Source: Bugula neritina
Lineage: Eukaryota > Animalia > Bryozoa
DNA: 64,000 nucleotides
Direction: 5' to 3'
Assembly (NCBI GenBank): GCA_964035545.1
Contig: OZ037769.1
Location: 15,096,633-15,160,632, forward strand
In this document: positions 1 to 14,828 of the stretch, piece by piece
How the letters are laid out: every line of letters begins with the position of its first letter
Numbering within the stretch: the stretch's first letter is position 1
Translations under genes and position numbers: made by a program
Notes under the pieces: generated by a model
Database searches by the model: none
Told to the model about the DNA's origin: nothing
What the model saw: the letters and a program-made list of their open reading frames with translations, nothing else

Positions 1-1274
1 CAATTTCTTATACTTATAATTTCTTACTGCTTTATAGGATAATCAATATATTCTTATTAGCTATATAGCTTATACCAAAATTGTTTAAACAATTTTAATG
101 CAATGTAGATCAATACCTAGCACTGAAAATGCATTCCATGTGAGTGAAATATTATGATTGTAAACTTTTTGACAGTCCACTAAAATTGTTCATATAACGC
201 CTTTTATCGTGTGTATAGCCTGCACCACACCTCTAATAGTTGTTAGACTTGCACTTATTTTGATCAAATTGACCATTCGCCATCAGATCAGTGTAAGCTG
301 TACAAATATTTAGTTGTAGCTCTGAAGCCACTTAGTTGTTCAGTCAACACTACTCTTCACAATTATTATGTAATCATCATCACTGAATCTGTATGAAGCC
401 ACACAGGGTTGATGGGAGCAGAAAGTGTGATCAATGGTACAACTAAATATGTTCAAGCAAAATTTAATTTACATAAGAATTATGGAACCATTGGCAGTTC
501 TTCACCTAACAACATTATTCGTTCACATGTGTACTAATGATGATCACAAAGCTTTATAGGAAGCTAGGATAGAATGAAAACGCAAGTGCAACCCTGCATT
601 TGGGTCATTTCAAATAGTGCTTCCGAGTTGGATGCCATTTATGTATTTTACTATAGAAATTAATTTAAATCAATTACTCTTTATAATTGGCGCACAAATA
701 AATATTCTTTAAAAAAAATTTATTTTCTTCTTTTAATTGCTTTTATCTATAAGTCAATAACCTTAATTATATCATATTGTTGTAATGTGATGTAATGTGC
801 AGTTGTCTTCTTTGCATTTAAAACAAATATCCATAAATTTAATAGGATTTACTTTATACGCCTATAAGTGAGGGGAAACTTCAAAATGAAATAATTTTCT
901 TGTATAAAAAATTTTTAAATTAAATTTAATTCTTCAAGTAGTGCATCTAGTTTAACAAATGCATTGAAGTTGATTCAATTCTAAATCAACATGTGTCTTC
1001 AAGCAGGAATAAACTTGAAAGTTTAAAATTAGTATATTTCTTAAACAAGCTATATATATAAAGCTGTCTACAATGAAGATATTTCAGTGTAATAATCTAA
1101 TGAAGATAAGAATGTTATTCATCATGTTATTAATCCAATACTTCACTAATCATAATATTCATTTGTTTATGTCTACAGATAATCGTAACTATAACATTCA
1201 TTTACTGCAGTTCCTGTTCTAAGTCTCAACAATTCTAAAAAGTATTTACAGTAATTATATTACGTATATTTTAC

Positions 1275-1364
1275 CTTGACATAGTCAACCCAGTTTCCTG
1301 TTTTTTCTGCTTTTCCCAAGTGTTTTATTAAAAGTAACTCTAATTCAGCAATGTACTCCTCCAT
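1275..1364 (-). CDS. Probable first coding exon (MEEYIAELELLLIKHLGKAEKTGNWVDYVK) of a third NTase-TPR paralog continuing off the left edge
   Basis: 90-nt ATG..AAG|gtaaaa exon, clearly homologous to 10056-10145, which lies upstream of the NTase pseudogene; flanking intron sequence (about 940-1270 vs 9650-10050) is also homologous. Confidence 0.6.
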
Positions 1365-1532
1365 GATTCACCATGTTATGTTGTATCTGCATGAGTATCG
1401 GATAATAAAGGTGAGTACAGTTTATAAGTCAAAATTTATCATATAGTATAATATGCAGTATTGAGCGTGAATGTTTCAATTTATATCAGTTCAATAGAGA
1501 AATATACATCTGCGAGCATTGACTATAATAAA

Positions 1533-1576
<44 letters not shown>
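1533..1576. repeat. (CA)n(TA)n microsatellite
   Basis: Directly visible. Confidence 0.95.
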
Positions 1577-1579
<3 letters not shown>

Positions 1580-1673
1580 GGCTCAAACACTATTTGTTTA
1601 ATTAAACACTGAAACTGATGCACAATTAACATACAATGTTGTAGCAAATTAGCGAAATACTAATTTTAGGGAA

Positions 1674-3916
1674 CACAGTTAGTTTAAGGTCATTACTTTC
1701 CAGATTCAAGCACTGCTTTATGTTATATATAAACGGTTTCCAGGGGATAGCTCGAACAGTTTTTGTCTTACATTAACAAATTATACATGAAAAGATAGCT
1801 CTTGCATTCCTCTTTCATATACTTTTTTAATTTTTAGAAAAGAAATTCCAAAAAAGTTGTTGCATAATAAGTAAAATTTTACTTCCTCCATGTTCCACTA
1901 CTGTATCACAAGGGATTCATTTTATAAAGTCTAAAATTCAAACTTGACATTCCTTGATATGTTTTCTCTAATATACTCCTTTTGTTTTTCGAAATTCTGT
2001 TTATATATGCTCTTCACAATTTGGTCAAAGCGTACATCATTTTGCAAGTTTCACTGCAATTATAAAATCTTTCATATATGGTGGTTCTAGCTAGGCTCCT
2101 GTGACTAATTATAACATTCCTAGTACGTTTGCCGCTCTGCACGCTATCACAATAACATAGTACCCCCTCGCAGAAATTGGCAATCTATTGGATTTCTGCC
2201 AATATAATGTTCTCAATTTTACATTAGCACTTACATAGCTGCATCTTCTCACTAAGTTACAATCTATTGAAAATGCCTCAGCACAACATAATTCTTCGTT
2301 TGTTTGGCAGAGTTAATTCCAGCTAAATCACCTCACTTCACTTTGCAGTCTTGTCAGTAAAGGTCTGTCTATAGTGCAGCAGGTGTACTTTCAGTTTCTC
2401 TAATTCACATATAAATATTTTAAGTAAATTGTATTCCATAAAATCAATTTAAGGTTTAGCCCAGTGTTCAGTATCTAATTAGTATGCATGTATGTTGTCC
2501 TACTGTTGAATAGCCATATTTATTATACATGCGTAGGACTTGCATAAGTTGACAAAAAATAATTGCCACAGAATAGGGTTGAACCATGCATGACCAACCA
2601 ATTCAATGCTGGTGCCTTTAACCCCTAGACCACACAGTCATTGTAAATCAGATGTGCACTATATGAGGAACTATCGTTACTTAAATATTTTGAGCCTCAA
2701 ATGGGTTATAATTATTAGCCTGTCATTTCATGTTGACTAGCAGTGGCTAGCTATTTTCATAAACGATTGCAATAGCCTCAGATTACTAGCATAGCTAATG
2801 GTTTTGAACAAATAACCCAAAAGTTGAAAAATAATTGCAGCTTTCATATTACTAGCTACAAAAACAGGTCTGAAATAGACTGGTAAATCATGCTCTTGCC
2901 TATTATTGTAGAGTTTGCAGATGTGCCCCAAAATAAAACTTAAACTGCATGCTATTACATAAGTATTTGTATGCAAAAGAGTGATGGACAATACTGAGTT
3001 TTTAGAAACCAACACACTTGAAGTAAACTTTGACAATGGTGTGTTATTTTCTTCATACACTAGCACAGTTAAGGCCTATAGCATAACTCTCTAATCATAT
3101 GAATCTTTAAAAGCCCACAGCTCCTGTAAGGGTGGGAATGTAATTTGAAACTAAAAATTATGTTGCTGCATTGTGCTTAAGGTATATTACGGAGCAAAAT
3201 TTGGTGTTGGTAGCCTACCCCAACGGCATTCTACAATGCAGCTTATATGCTGGCAGTTGTAATTTAAGTGCTGATAATAGCAAGGCTACTATCACTGCCA
3301 GCTCTGAGCAGTATGTAACCTCTTGATTAAGTGCGCCAATTTTAAACTCTTGGAAGTTGGCCAAGTTATCATATCACAGCTATCCACCTGAGACAAAGCA
3401 TCACAGCTAGCCATATATTATACTGATGCAATTGGTAGAAGAGTGGCTAATCTATTTTAGTTCATTATGGTTCAACACCCTTTACTTTGGGAATACAGCC
3501 TCTTTTTTTAAGTTTACCTAACAAACCATGAAAATATCTAAACTAATATTCAGATAATTTAGAGTTACATTTTGAAAACTAGATTAATTGCACTTGTTTG
3601 TACAACAACAATAATAAATTATATATTATGCAATATAAAAAAAACACATAATACTATATAATATATTATAACGATAATATAAATATAATATTATACGTGC
3701 CATTACTGCATTTTATAACTCGGATGGTTGCCAAAGAACTGCATCACACCAATTTTGTAATTACATAGATTATGATAAGAAAATAGAACTAGCTAGGCAG
3801 CAGGTTAGAACAGAGTAGATTCCTAAAACATGAAATCATGATTTGACAATTGTTTTATTTAAGCCAACCAATCTAGGAGTACAAAATTGGGTTTTAGCTG
3901 ATAGTTTATAACATTT
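1674..3916. mobile_element. Non-autonomous CACAG-ended DNA transposon (CMC/EnSpm-like), right end truncated
   Basis: Starts with CACAGTTAGTTTAAGGTCA and is colinear with the complete copy at 35903-38465 up to about 3916; right TIR absent. Confidence 0.85.
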
Positions 3917-4344
3917 GCTGTCATTTTTGGTGTCTTGGGGGGGGGGGTCATCCAAGATTTTTATTTTTTGATACGGATAAATAGATTAGGACTTTGTGAT
4001 CACATTGCACTTTAAATATTTAAAATCGGTCAAATGGAACCAGAAATATCCCAGGTTATACACACAGCGGTCCACAACAAACGACTTTCACTATTGCGAG
4101 TAATCAACAGTCAAAGTTCGGCGATCCAAAATTGTACTAAATTCGTTGTTTATCTACCTAGCAACAGTGTCTTCAATTAGCTCCATCAGCCCAAAAGTTA
4201 GTTACCAGGGGTGGTTTTTTATGCTGATCATGAAAATGTTAATTAGAAATTTATATCTGCAATATCTTAATCAATATTTCAGAGTTAAGTTCAGTATAAT
4301 GAGAACATTTTGATAATTATTCTCAGAGATTATTACTTTAATGC

Positions 4345-7300
4345 CTAAGTGGTTGCATAATAAAATTTCAGTAATTCAGTAGAAGATTTTAGCTTACTTA
4401 GTATGTACTCAGTGAGAGATGTGCTTTTGTCTATCATGAGCTCTTCTTCTAATGTAGACTTTATCTGAATGAGAATAGTCTTAGCAGGTCTATATCTGCT
4501 CAAACTGTCCTTACAGCCAGCTATCAGTCTTTTATATTGCAGTATACTAAACCAGTTCGTTTCATAACTGATTAACCAACTCAGGTACTCAATGGCACTA
4601 CTATCATGGTCACTAGTGAATAGCAAATAACAACACATTTTCAGATACTTTTTCTCTAGATAGTCTGACTTGTTTGTGTTGTATTTTGATCTTATACATT
4701 CCACAAACTCATGGTACTCTACATTTCTTATATCAACACCTGAACCAGCAGATACGTACTCAAAGACTGTGTTTAAGTCTTCAACATAACACAATACTTC
4801 ACAGATTGTCATATAATTATGTTTATCTGTAAGCAAATCACTCAGAATCACTGATTTCAGGTATTCACTTAAACTCTTCTCCTTTAACGTTGACAGTAGC
4901 CTATTTCCTTTGTGCAAACTTCGATATGAGAGACTGTTTTATCGGAATGAGTATTGAACCAAATGTTACAAATATATTCCTTGGTATATAGTAATGTTTG
5001 TTTTTTTCATTTGCACTTTTCATATCAGCAGTTGGAGTACCTAGTAAAATAATTTCAGCTTTTTGAGTTTCCAAAGTAATGTAGGCCACAGTTCTCATGT
5101 ATATTGAGAGTCCCAAGATAATGTGAAGGTATCTCAGGCTTTCCTTAGAAATCATCCCTGACTGATGAAGTGCCTCATAAACCTTCCATGGAAAGTTTAG
5201 TTGAAAACAAAGAGCAATGTTTAAATTAGTAGCCAACAGAGTGATGTAACGGAAAATGTCTTCTTTTACTTTCACATCTTCACCAATAGCAGTTTTGAAT
5301 TTAAATTCTGGAAGAAAATCATATTTTTGTAGGTCTAGAGAAAGTCTCTCCACCCTCTTCTGTTTAGGTTTATGATCATTTTGGGCTGTAAATTCTTTAT
5401 ATGTAGCTATTTCTTCCATAAATCTGTCATGTAACTGTGCCCCGTCATCAGAACAGTATATCAGCTGTGATGTCATGAGCAGATCTGAAAGACTCGCTAG
5501 TTTTTCAGATAGAGACATCACTTCCTCCTTGTACAGTTTCACTGCTTGTTCAACTGTAAAGGTGAGACATCTACCCAATCCATTTCCTGTTGGTGTGTTA
5601 CCAGCATTTGGTGTCAGACCATCTATTCTATATCCTACTGGACAGATCTCACTAAGACAGTCAGGAGAGTTTTCAACTTTAATGTTGAAGGTTTTCAATG
5701 GAGGCTCGTTGAGGTTAGTTATTCTAAAATATGTGTCAACAGCCAACTGATTGAAATAATCTCTCTCGTTCTCATTTTCAATGAGAAATGCGTATTCAAG
5801 GTCAGATTACGGAGTTGCCTCACCACGAGCTGCGGAGCCCAAAGCCACTACGCAAAGTTACAGGGTGGCTCTATACTTGACACCCTTTAACCCTGTTAAG
5901 CCCGGTGTAGCGTATACGCTACATCAACTTTCAACGCATATATATCTAATGGAAATGATAAAAAGTTGTGAAATACATTTGTAAAGTATAATTTTAGGCA
6001 TGTTTTACACATACATATCACTTTTTATATAATTAGTCAGTTTGTATGACCATAGCATCAAGTTTAGAATTTGATATTCGCCTAGTTCGCGAAACACATA
6101 TTTGGGGTTGCATTATTTGTTCAATTTTTTTCTGGACAGAGAGGATTTATGTTTTTTTATTACATAAACCAACAGTAAACATGTTGTTCAACATGTGTAC
6201 CAAGTGTTAATTGCTAAATTTGACTCAGCAGCAATATTCAGGCTTTCAAAAAGTCATGTAGCGCCGGTGCTACACTGGGCTTTAGAGGCAACAATTCTTT
6301 CAAATTTCAGATCAATATTGTATTGACTGAAATTGCTATTTCAATCATTTTTGCAACCTATTTTTATTCAGTCACATTCAATCTAATTCACACATGTTAC
6401 CTAGATAGTGAAACTAAATACTTTTAAGGTAGTCCTTGTACTAGCAAGACGAATATCAGAGCTCAAATATTGGACAGCTTCATTTTTTAGTACTTTTGAC
6501 GGATTATATCAAACCAAATAAATAATTTCAATTGGCTTTGCCATCATTTTTAAATTTTAGACTGCTTTTTGATCAATATTCAATATATTTTTACTAGTTT
6601 TCGATTGCAGAGAACCTAAACATAGATCTTTGAAAATCTGAAAATGGCTGCCGTTATTTTGTAAGCGCTTTTTGCCATCTATGCCAAAGGGACCGTCTCG
6701 CATTGCAAAAATATTATTAAAAGAGCAAAAATATACCTGAACTTTTTTCTCTAAATTAAATGAAGTTCCAATTTTGGAATTATAAATCCTTAGTATATAT
6801 TCTAACTTTCATACACATTGTATAAAATTATTTAGGGCAAAATTCTAAAACCGGTCATGTTTTATGGTATTGCGAAAACTCTTCAAGCAATAGCGTTGGT
6901 AACAAAACTTTACTTGCATAAAATTACAAGCAGCTCAAAAAAACCAAAGTATGTCTTAGGCAGACTGAGTTATAATAAACATCGTGCTAGGCTACAAATC
7001 CACTAGATAGAAACAGCTAAATGATCTAGAATGTGAATTAATCAAACTGAAAGAGGAGAAAAAAGATTTTTTTTTGTTAGTGTGAATGCTAAACTGTGAG
7101 TTTGCTTCATTTTTACTAAATCACAGCTAACATAAGAATATAGATTATAAAAGAACTAGTAACAAAGATAAGGGCCACATTATACAGGTATTCAATATTC
7201 CGGAAACTGTGAAACACCATAAAACAATTTCTGACATTGCTTTGCTTGATCTTTTTAACTTTCTTGATATTTGGAAAAATTAACAAGATAAGTTGGTTTA

Positions 7301-8307
7301 AGATAAGCTAATGTTAGCAACAGTTAGTGCATGTAGTATTGATGAACTAGCTTACAGTAATGGTATAAGGATACAACAAATATCAAATGTTAGGTAAGCA
7401 AAAATCAAATTTTCAAGGGGGAAAAGGGGTGGGTAGGCCCCATTAATGTATAATATACATTAATTGTTTCTGGTATCTTATTTTACTCAGGATACAATGT
7501 GACATCATTTATTGTGGTAAATTTAAACCAGGATATTACCAATTACTTTTACATAACAAGCAAAAAATATAATCAAAAATTGAAATTGTGTTCTATATAG
7601 GATGCAAAACATGTGTGAATTGGTCATTAGTAGGTCAAGGTCAAATAGTGAGTTCATTGAAGATGCCTTTTCTAAGTCTAGATTGAAAAAAACAGCTTGC
7701 ACAACTTTTAGCATGCAGTTTCCTTCCAACAAATAGGGAGAGTACTTTAGAAATGCTTGTGTTAAACAATGCCATTGTTGCAAGCATTAAGGCCCAATGT
7801 AGCGTATATGCTACTTTTTGTAAAATCAAAACAAACAAACATATTAACAAAAAACAACTTGATTTCAGGTTATAAGGTCCCTAGTGAAAGGTTAAACACA
7901 GAAAAAAATTTTTTGCTAATGCCTTTTTTGGTCTGGGCCTAACAGGGTTAAGCAACTCTGTACTTGATCTGATTACTGAACCAGAAAATTCTACAAATTC
8001 TTCAGAACACTCTTTACTACTTACAAAAACATCATTAGACAACTGAATAGATCTTTCTAAATTAGCATCACTAAACACATTGTCTATGTCTATCAACTTT
8101 ATATCACTATTCAAACTGTCAAAGTTAATGATTGTATTCTCTCGATATTCTTTAAGTTTTTGTTTATGGTGTTTTGTCAATTTGATGGTCTGTAAAAGTG
8201 AGTGGATGTTTTTCTTTGTACCATTTGTTTTCTATGTCATAGACTTTTTGGTATCTCTGACTGTTTTGTGAATCTATGGTTTGCAGGTGGTTTGCTATTC
8301 CATGACT
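4345..8307 (-). pseudogene. Nucleotidyltransferase(-TPR) paralog, copy 1: frameshifted, split by a piggyBac insertion, TPR region missing
   Basis: ORF pieces 7881-8180, 4901-5746 and 4345-4917 align with 17949-20953; frameshifts near 8180, 5850-5875 and 4920; homology stops at about 4370, before the TPR-coding part; splice acceptor ...ctttgcgctgtag|AGT CAT GGA at 8307. Confidence 0.9.
5891..7947. mobile_element. Non-autonomous piggyBac-type DNA transposon (about 2.06 kb)
   Basis: TTAA TSD at 5887-5890 and 7948-7951; TIRs CCCTGTTAAGCCC / GGGCCTAACAGGG (1 mismatch); the paralogous gene has the empty site (cacctTTTAAgcaac, about 20586-20600); no transposase ORF. Confidence 0.93.
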
Positions 8308-10055
8308 CTACAGCGCAAAGGGAAGACAACTATTTATATATTTATAATAATTATAAATTGCTTTATAAGATAATCAATAATTTTTTCCACTATTTTAATT
8401 CGAAGCTGTTTCAACATTTACAACGTGAATTTAATAACAAAACATTAAATGTGCGTATGTTGTTCAAATCCTTTGACACAAAAGTTAGCTACAAGGTTTC
8501 ATTTCTTGAACTGTATTTCACTTGTACTTTAAAGCTAGCATGCATCCCTGATTGGCTGAATTTTGATATATTGTCTTTCTACAGCTTCTGAATATGTATA
8601 CTAACTTAGATTTTAATGTTGAGACATTAAAGCTATAGCTTGCTTAAGCAACTCTGATTCATTGAATTTTAGTGAGTTGTCTTTGTTACAGCTATTATAA
8701 TAACTGAATGTTAATTTTGAGTTTGTTCATTTATATATTACTATAATGTATTATTTAATTAATATTTATAATCTGCCAAATAATCGTCCTCATTTGTATA
8801 AGAAATGTTATACCACTACATATATAATTATACTATGATCTTTCTAATTACGTCTGAAAATTAGGTCGTGTTAACTACCTACTTTATATCATAGACAAGG
8901 TTATTTTGCTAGCATTGTTTATATATTTAAACTGCAAAAGTTCAAATTGTTGTATACATGCTAGAAAGCTGTTATTAAAATATTACCACCGTGTAACACC
9001 AGTTCTGTAGGCAAAGTACTTGAGTCAAGTTCCAAAAACCGATTGATTTTGGTGTAAATTTATTACACCACTGCAGCCGAATGATTGTACAGCCCAGTTT
9101 TAGTTCAATGGTTTATAGCTTCAATTGGCAAACGATAATAATGCTATATAATTTGGTAGACAATCAGTTGCATGAGGTTTAAAACATTCACTCGAACAAA
9201 TACATGCAAACTGATTTATTGCAACAGTTGAGTTATAACATATGCTCGAGTACACACAATGACATATCACCAGCTGCCTACCTGCAGCTCTTTTCTATTG
9301 TGATTCCATGTGACCTGATATTATAGTCAGACAATTCTTAAATGTCATAAATATAAAAAAAATTGTTATAATGCTTGCTATGGATTTAGTCTGTCCTATG
9401 TATAGCATTCTTAATAAAATAGTAATAATAAAAACATTTGTAACTGAGAAGTTTTATAAGTTTTATAAGTTGTGAGATGGCGCATATATAGGAAATTCTT
9501 TCCTATAGAATGTCGAATGACTATAAATCTAATAACATCTAACCTATTTGTCTTACATCTGGGTAAGGTAAACTCCAAAATCAGTCTACTGTATGGGTTT
9601 GTATATCAAGCTTTTCAGTTTACCAAACAAATTCACACTCTTTGAATAGTGCATTTAGTTTAACAAATGCATTGAAGTTGTTTCAATTTTAAAGTACCAT
9701 GTCTTGGAGCAATTTTTGATTATGCAGGTTTGAACCTTGTAGGCCTATATACTTATAAAGCAAGTTACATAAATATGTTATATAGTGAGGATATGTTAAT
9801 TTAATCTAATGAAAATAAGAATGCCATCCATCATGCTCTAAATCCAGCACCTCACTACATAATCTAAACATTTATTATCTCCAAAGATAATCATACTTAT
9901 ATAGAATATATATTATAATATAAATTTACTGCAGCTCATGCATTTAATAATATTATATTTTAATAAAACTATAATATTATGTTCTTATATAGGTCTCAAT
10001 CAATCTATAAGCTAGTATATTTACAATATTATTCATAATTAAATAAATATTTTAC

Positions 10056-10145
10056 CTTGACATAGTCAACCCAGTTTCCTCTTGTTTCTGCTTCTTCCAA
10101 GTGTTTTGTTGAAAGTAACTCTAATTCAGCAATGTACTTTTCCAT
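10056..10145 (-). CDS. Probable first coding exon (MEKYIAELELLSTKHLEEAETRGNWVDYVK) of NTase-TPR copy 1
   Basis: ATG, 30 codons, phase-0 donor AAG|gtaaaa; compatible with the phase-0 acceptor at 8307; conserved with 1275-1364. Confidence 0.6.
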
Positions 10146-10261
10146 GATTCACCATGTTATGTTGTACCTGAGTATTGGAATAATAAAGGTGAGTGTTTAC
10201 TTGTCATTTGTCATATTATACAGCATTGTGATGCATTTTTCATAATATCAATAAGATGAAG

Positions 10262-11187
<926 letters not shown>

Positions 11188-12352
11188 CTTTTTATAGTGA
11201 TGCATGGATATGTATAATATACTTTTCAAATATAATTGATTGTAAAGGTTTTTTAAAGTTTAATAGCTTTTTAATCAATTTTAAAACAATTGCCATTATA
11301 ACAAGTTGTGGATTACCTTAATTAGATGAAGATCGTTAGTCTCAAAATATAATTTTTATATTATAATGATCAGATAAAATTTTCAAATTATAATTATATT
11401 GTAAATTTGCAATGTTATATTATTTAACTATAATATAGTACAAACTATGTTATACATTCTTATGTTGAAGCAAATTTATGCCGTTTTTTTATTTTTTTTG
11501 AAGAGTATATGTATATATTATTATAGGCCATAGCATTTCTTCTTTTAATTGTTGTAAATAAAACCAGGTTACTATCATTACGTATTCTGTAAATTAGCAG
11601 AAATTTAAGTTTAATCATTACAAGAGTTACTAATAGATATAATATTATTATATAAATATATAGTTATAAGTGCTAATATGAGTATTATATAAGTTGTGTG
11701 CTGTAACTGGCCCTAATATTATACAATTTAATACTACATAAATATTATATTAATATATATTATAATAATAGTAGCTTACCATTCAACAGACTACAATGTA
11801 GTATGTCCTCATAAAATAATAGTTTATTAATATATAAGTTATATAACTTGATATATAACTCTTTCTATACAGAAGTGTATATTTTATGTCTCTTCAGAAC
11901 TCTACTGTCTCTGTGATATTCAACAGTCTCTATGTATTCAACTCTCTCTATATATGATAATATCTAACATGTTAATGGGTTAAGTCTCAGGGTGAAGGTT
12001 TAAGAAGCATTGAATGTATTGACTAATTAAATCAGCCAGACAACTAATAAAAAATCAATTGCTAGATTAATGGAAGGTTATTGATTAGCAGCGGGCAAAT
12101 TTCTTTCACCTTAAGTATGATCTTTATGCGTGTGCTAATTCTCACTGTATACACTAGCTGTACACCAGTACTTTAAATCAATTATGTATAGTCACCCACT
12201 ATATATATAACTTGTAAATTGAAATATAGTAAGCTCAAATATTCTATTTTATCAATTTGATGTCATATGAATTATATTAACTGATTAAAACATAAATAAA
12301 AATCTGAGTTATATCTACTATAATATGTTTACATAGAACATTAATGCAACTT

Positions 12353-12575
12353 TATAGTCACCATCCCTGTGAGAAACCCCTGGTTTTTGTTAAAGGGGGC
12401 TAAGGGGTTAGAGCATTTGCCTAGTAAAACCAAGGTCATGGGTTGGAGTCATGGCAAAGGTCATTGGTGATGTTAGGAAGGGCATTCAGTCATAATTACT
12501 CCTGTGCTTAATTTAAATAAGTCCTTAGCCCACTTTAACAAAAACCAGGGGTTTCTCACAGAGATAGTGACTATA
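12353..12575. mobile_element. Small MITE-like element (about 53-bp TIRs, 5-bp direct repeat AACTT) enclosing a tRNA-derived SINE-like fragment
   Basis: Arms 12353-12405 and 12523-12575 are near-perfect inverted repeats; AACTT at 12348-12352 and 12576-12580; the interior has tRNA-like GGTTAGAGCA...GGGTTGGAGTC followed by GGAAGGGCAT. Confidence 0.7.
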
Positions 12576-13574
12576 AACTTGTGTGAGCGTGAGTTTACCT
12601 GACAATACCTGCATGCAACTACCTGGAAGTACTTAACGGCATCTTCTAGTACACATAAACAATAAAGTCAATAAGAAATATACATGCAATCACAGAGTTG
12701 TCTCCTTTTCTCAAACTTTGATATGTAAACATATCGTAGAGTTATCTCCCTTGTCAATACAGAGAAAAACTTCTCTGGTTACAGCGGCAGTCATAGACTA
12801 TCAAATACTGATTTGATGGATGATTAAACTAAATTAGGAATGTGATGCAAACCAGTTCTATTGCAGCATATAAGTTTGCGTACATGTGCATTTTTTCTGC
12901 AAAGTGTAGAGAAACTTTTACAAGCCGACATAGTGTGACACTAATTAGTATAACTTCAGATGTACATTCATTTGACATACTAAACATACAACAACATTCA
13001 AGTGTTTATACTTACTTGTGATGAGATGACTCACAATGACTCAAGTCTGACTGACAGAAACATCTTATACACAAGTACTACTCAGTCTCTGAGACTATTA
13101 TAGCAGCTGACTGCATGCTGCCTTGCTGTTGGCGAAAGTTACATGATGGAGCATATACAGTCTGGTTCTTACCATATCCTTGGAGAGAATTACACTTGAG
13201 AGAGACTAATGTTAAGTGAACACTAAACTCTGTTTTCTGATTAATTGTTGTTTTAGTTTACATATTTTTTATGTTTTAATATCCTGTGTATTTTATTAGA
13301 ACTCAGTTGAGGACAATTTTAGTATTTCATAATATTATTATGTGAAAGATTAAAATATAATCTTTATTACTGATACTAAAAATTAATTGTTGTTTTAGTA
13401 TGTGAGACTGAATAAAAATTATAGTAGCACTGCTGGTGTCACGTGACTATAAGCAGACTGTACTCTACTCTTTTGTCTGCAGCTGTGACACTGAATAACA
13501 AGTGGTTGCACCGCTGGTGCCATGCACATGACTAGCAGACTACACTCTACTCTTCGGCTTCTTTAGAACAAAGG

Positions 13575-13725
13575 ATGAGTCACCATAACAGCAGACGACC
13601 TCCTCCAACATACTCTCAGTCTCAACAACATTATCCTCAAGGTCGTCTTCCGCCCATCAACAGGGCAGCACCCCCTACTGGACAGACAGCTGACTACACT
13701 AGTCAGTACCCACCTCCCCCTCCAG
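13575..13725 (+). CDS. First coding exon of an unidentified host gene with a Pro/Gln/Tyr-rich N-terminus
   Basis: Acceptor ctttag| at 13566/7, ATG at 13575, GC-richer coding-like sequence MSHHNSRRPPPTYSQSQQHYPQGRLPP...YPPPPP, donor CCAG|gtacag at 13725/6. Downstream exons not identified. Confidence 0.6.
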
Positions 13726-14828
13726 GTACAGTAATATTCTATCCACTCCTTACTTCAAGATGGTGTATCTAACTGCACTCAGAGTATATTGTAATATAAT
13801 GATAATCTCTCATACTGAACAGCTATACACTCTATATAATACATGTGTATACTCTACTTTTTCTAGCTTACTTGTGAGACATGGGAAGACAACTCTATAT
13901 GAGAAGAATCTTATGACTCATTCTATTGGCTCATGAATTATTTTTCCTAAAATCTTGCAGTTGTTTACATAATATATTTTAGGTGATTAATTGTTTGTCA
14001 TTTGAAATAAAAGATAGTGACTCCATTATTTTCTTTGTGCAAAAGGTATTAACTGATATTAAATGTAAACTGTGAAACCCAAAAATATTTTGTTATATTT
14101 TTATTTATTCACTAAATTCCTAAATGGTTTTATTATATTTATTATCTGCAGCTTAGACATTTTTGTTGATAGACTTTCAATTTATATTTTTCGACATTTA
14201 ATACTAAAGTTTCTTTTATCCTGTGTATAATGTATGGCTTTAGCTACATTTTGCTTGCTGTTTTAATGATTATATGGTGGACAACTATGATGTTAAAATA
14301 AAGTCTCAAGCTTTCAATGAAATCTAAGGTGTTATGTTTTGCATTTTTCAGAACTTTTTAAGCAGTGAAATCTAGCTAATTGAATATCCTTAATGTTTTC
14401 TTCAACTTCAGAGAGATGACAATTAATATCTAAAATGGTGAACACCTCCACTCTTCAAGGTGGGACTATTTTTCACTGTCACTACAGAGTCACAGTGCAT
14501 ACACAGTCACTATACATGTCACAGCACAGTCTTGTTTACAGTCACTACACTTTGACTGTCAAAACAGAGTGACTGTATGTCAGTACAGCATTTAGCAGTT
14601 ATCTTCTCACTATCTTACACACACTGTACAGTACTGACCAATATTTGAACTACTTGACTCCAAGTTATAAAGATTCTATAAGGACTACCTGAAGTTTCCA
14701 TGACTTATTCTCTATAAATTCATTGACCTACCATGTTCCTATCTAGTGATTTGTACTTATAGTTATACTGATCTATAATGTCTTTTCTATGAAACTACAT
14801 GAAATGTGTGGTTTGTGTACCTAAACTT

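Noticed and set aside
2737-3066. ORFs within the CACAG element as a transposase (also 36688-37270)
   Set aside because: Frames are not conserved between the two copies and carry no transposase motifs.
12400-12470. tRNA gene (also 36802-36878)
   Set aside because: Only degenerate box motifs, no acceptor stem or cloverleaf; treated as SINE-derived.
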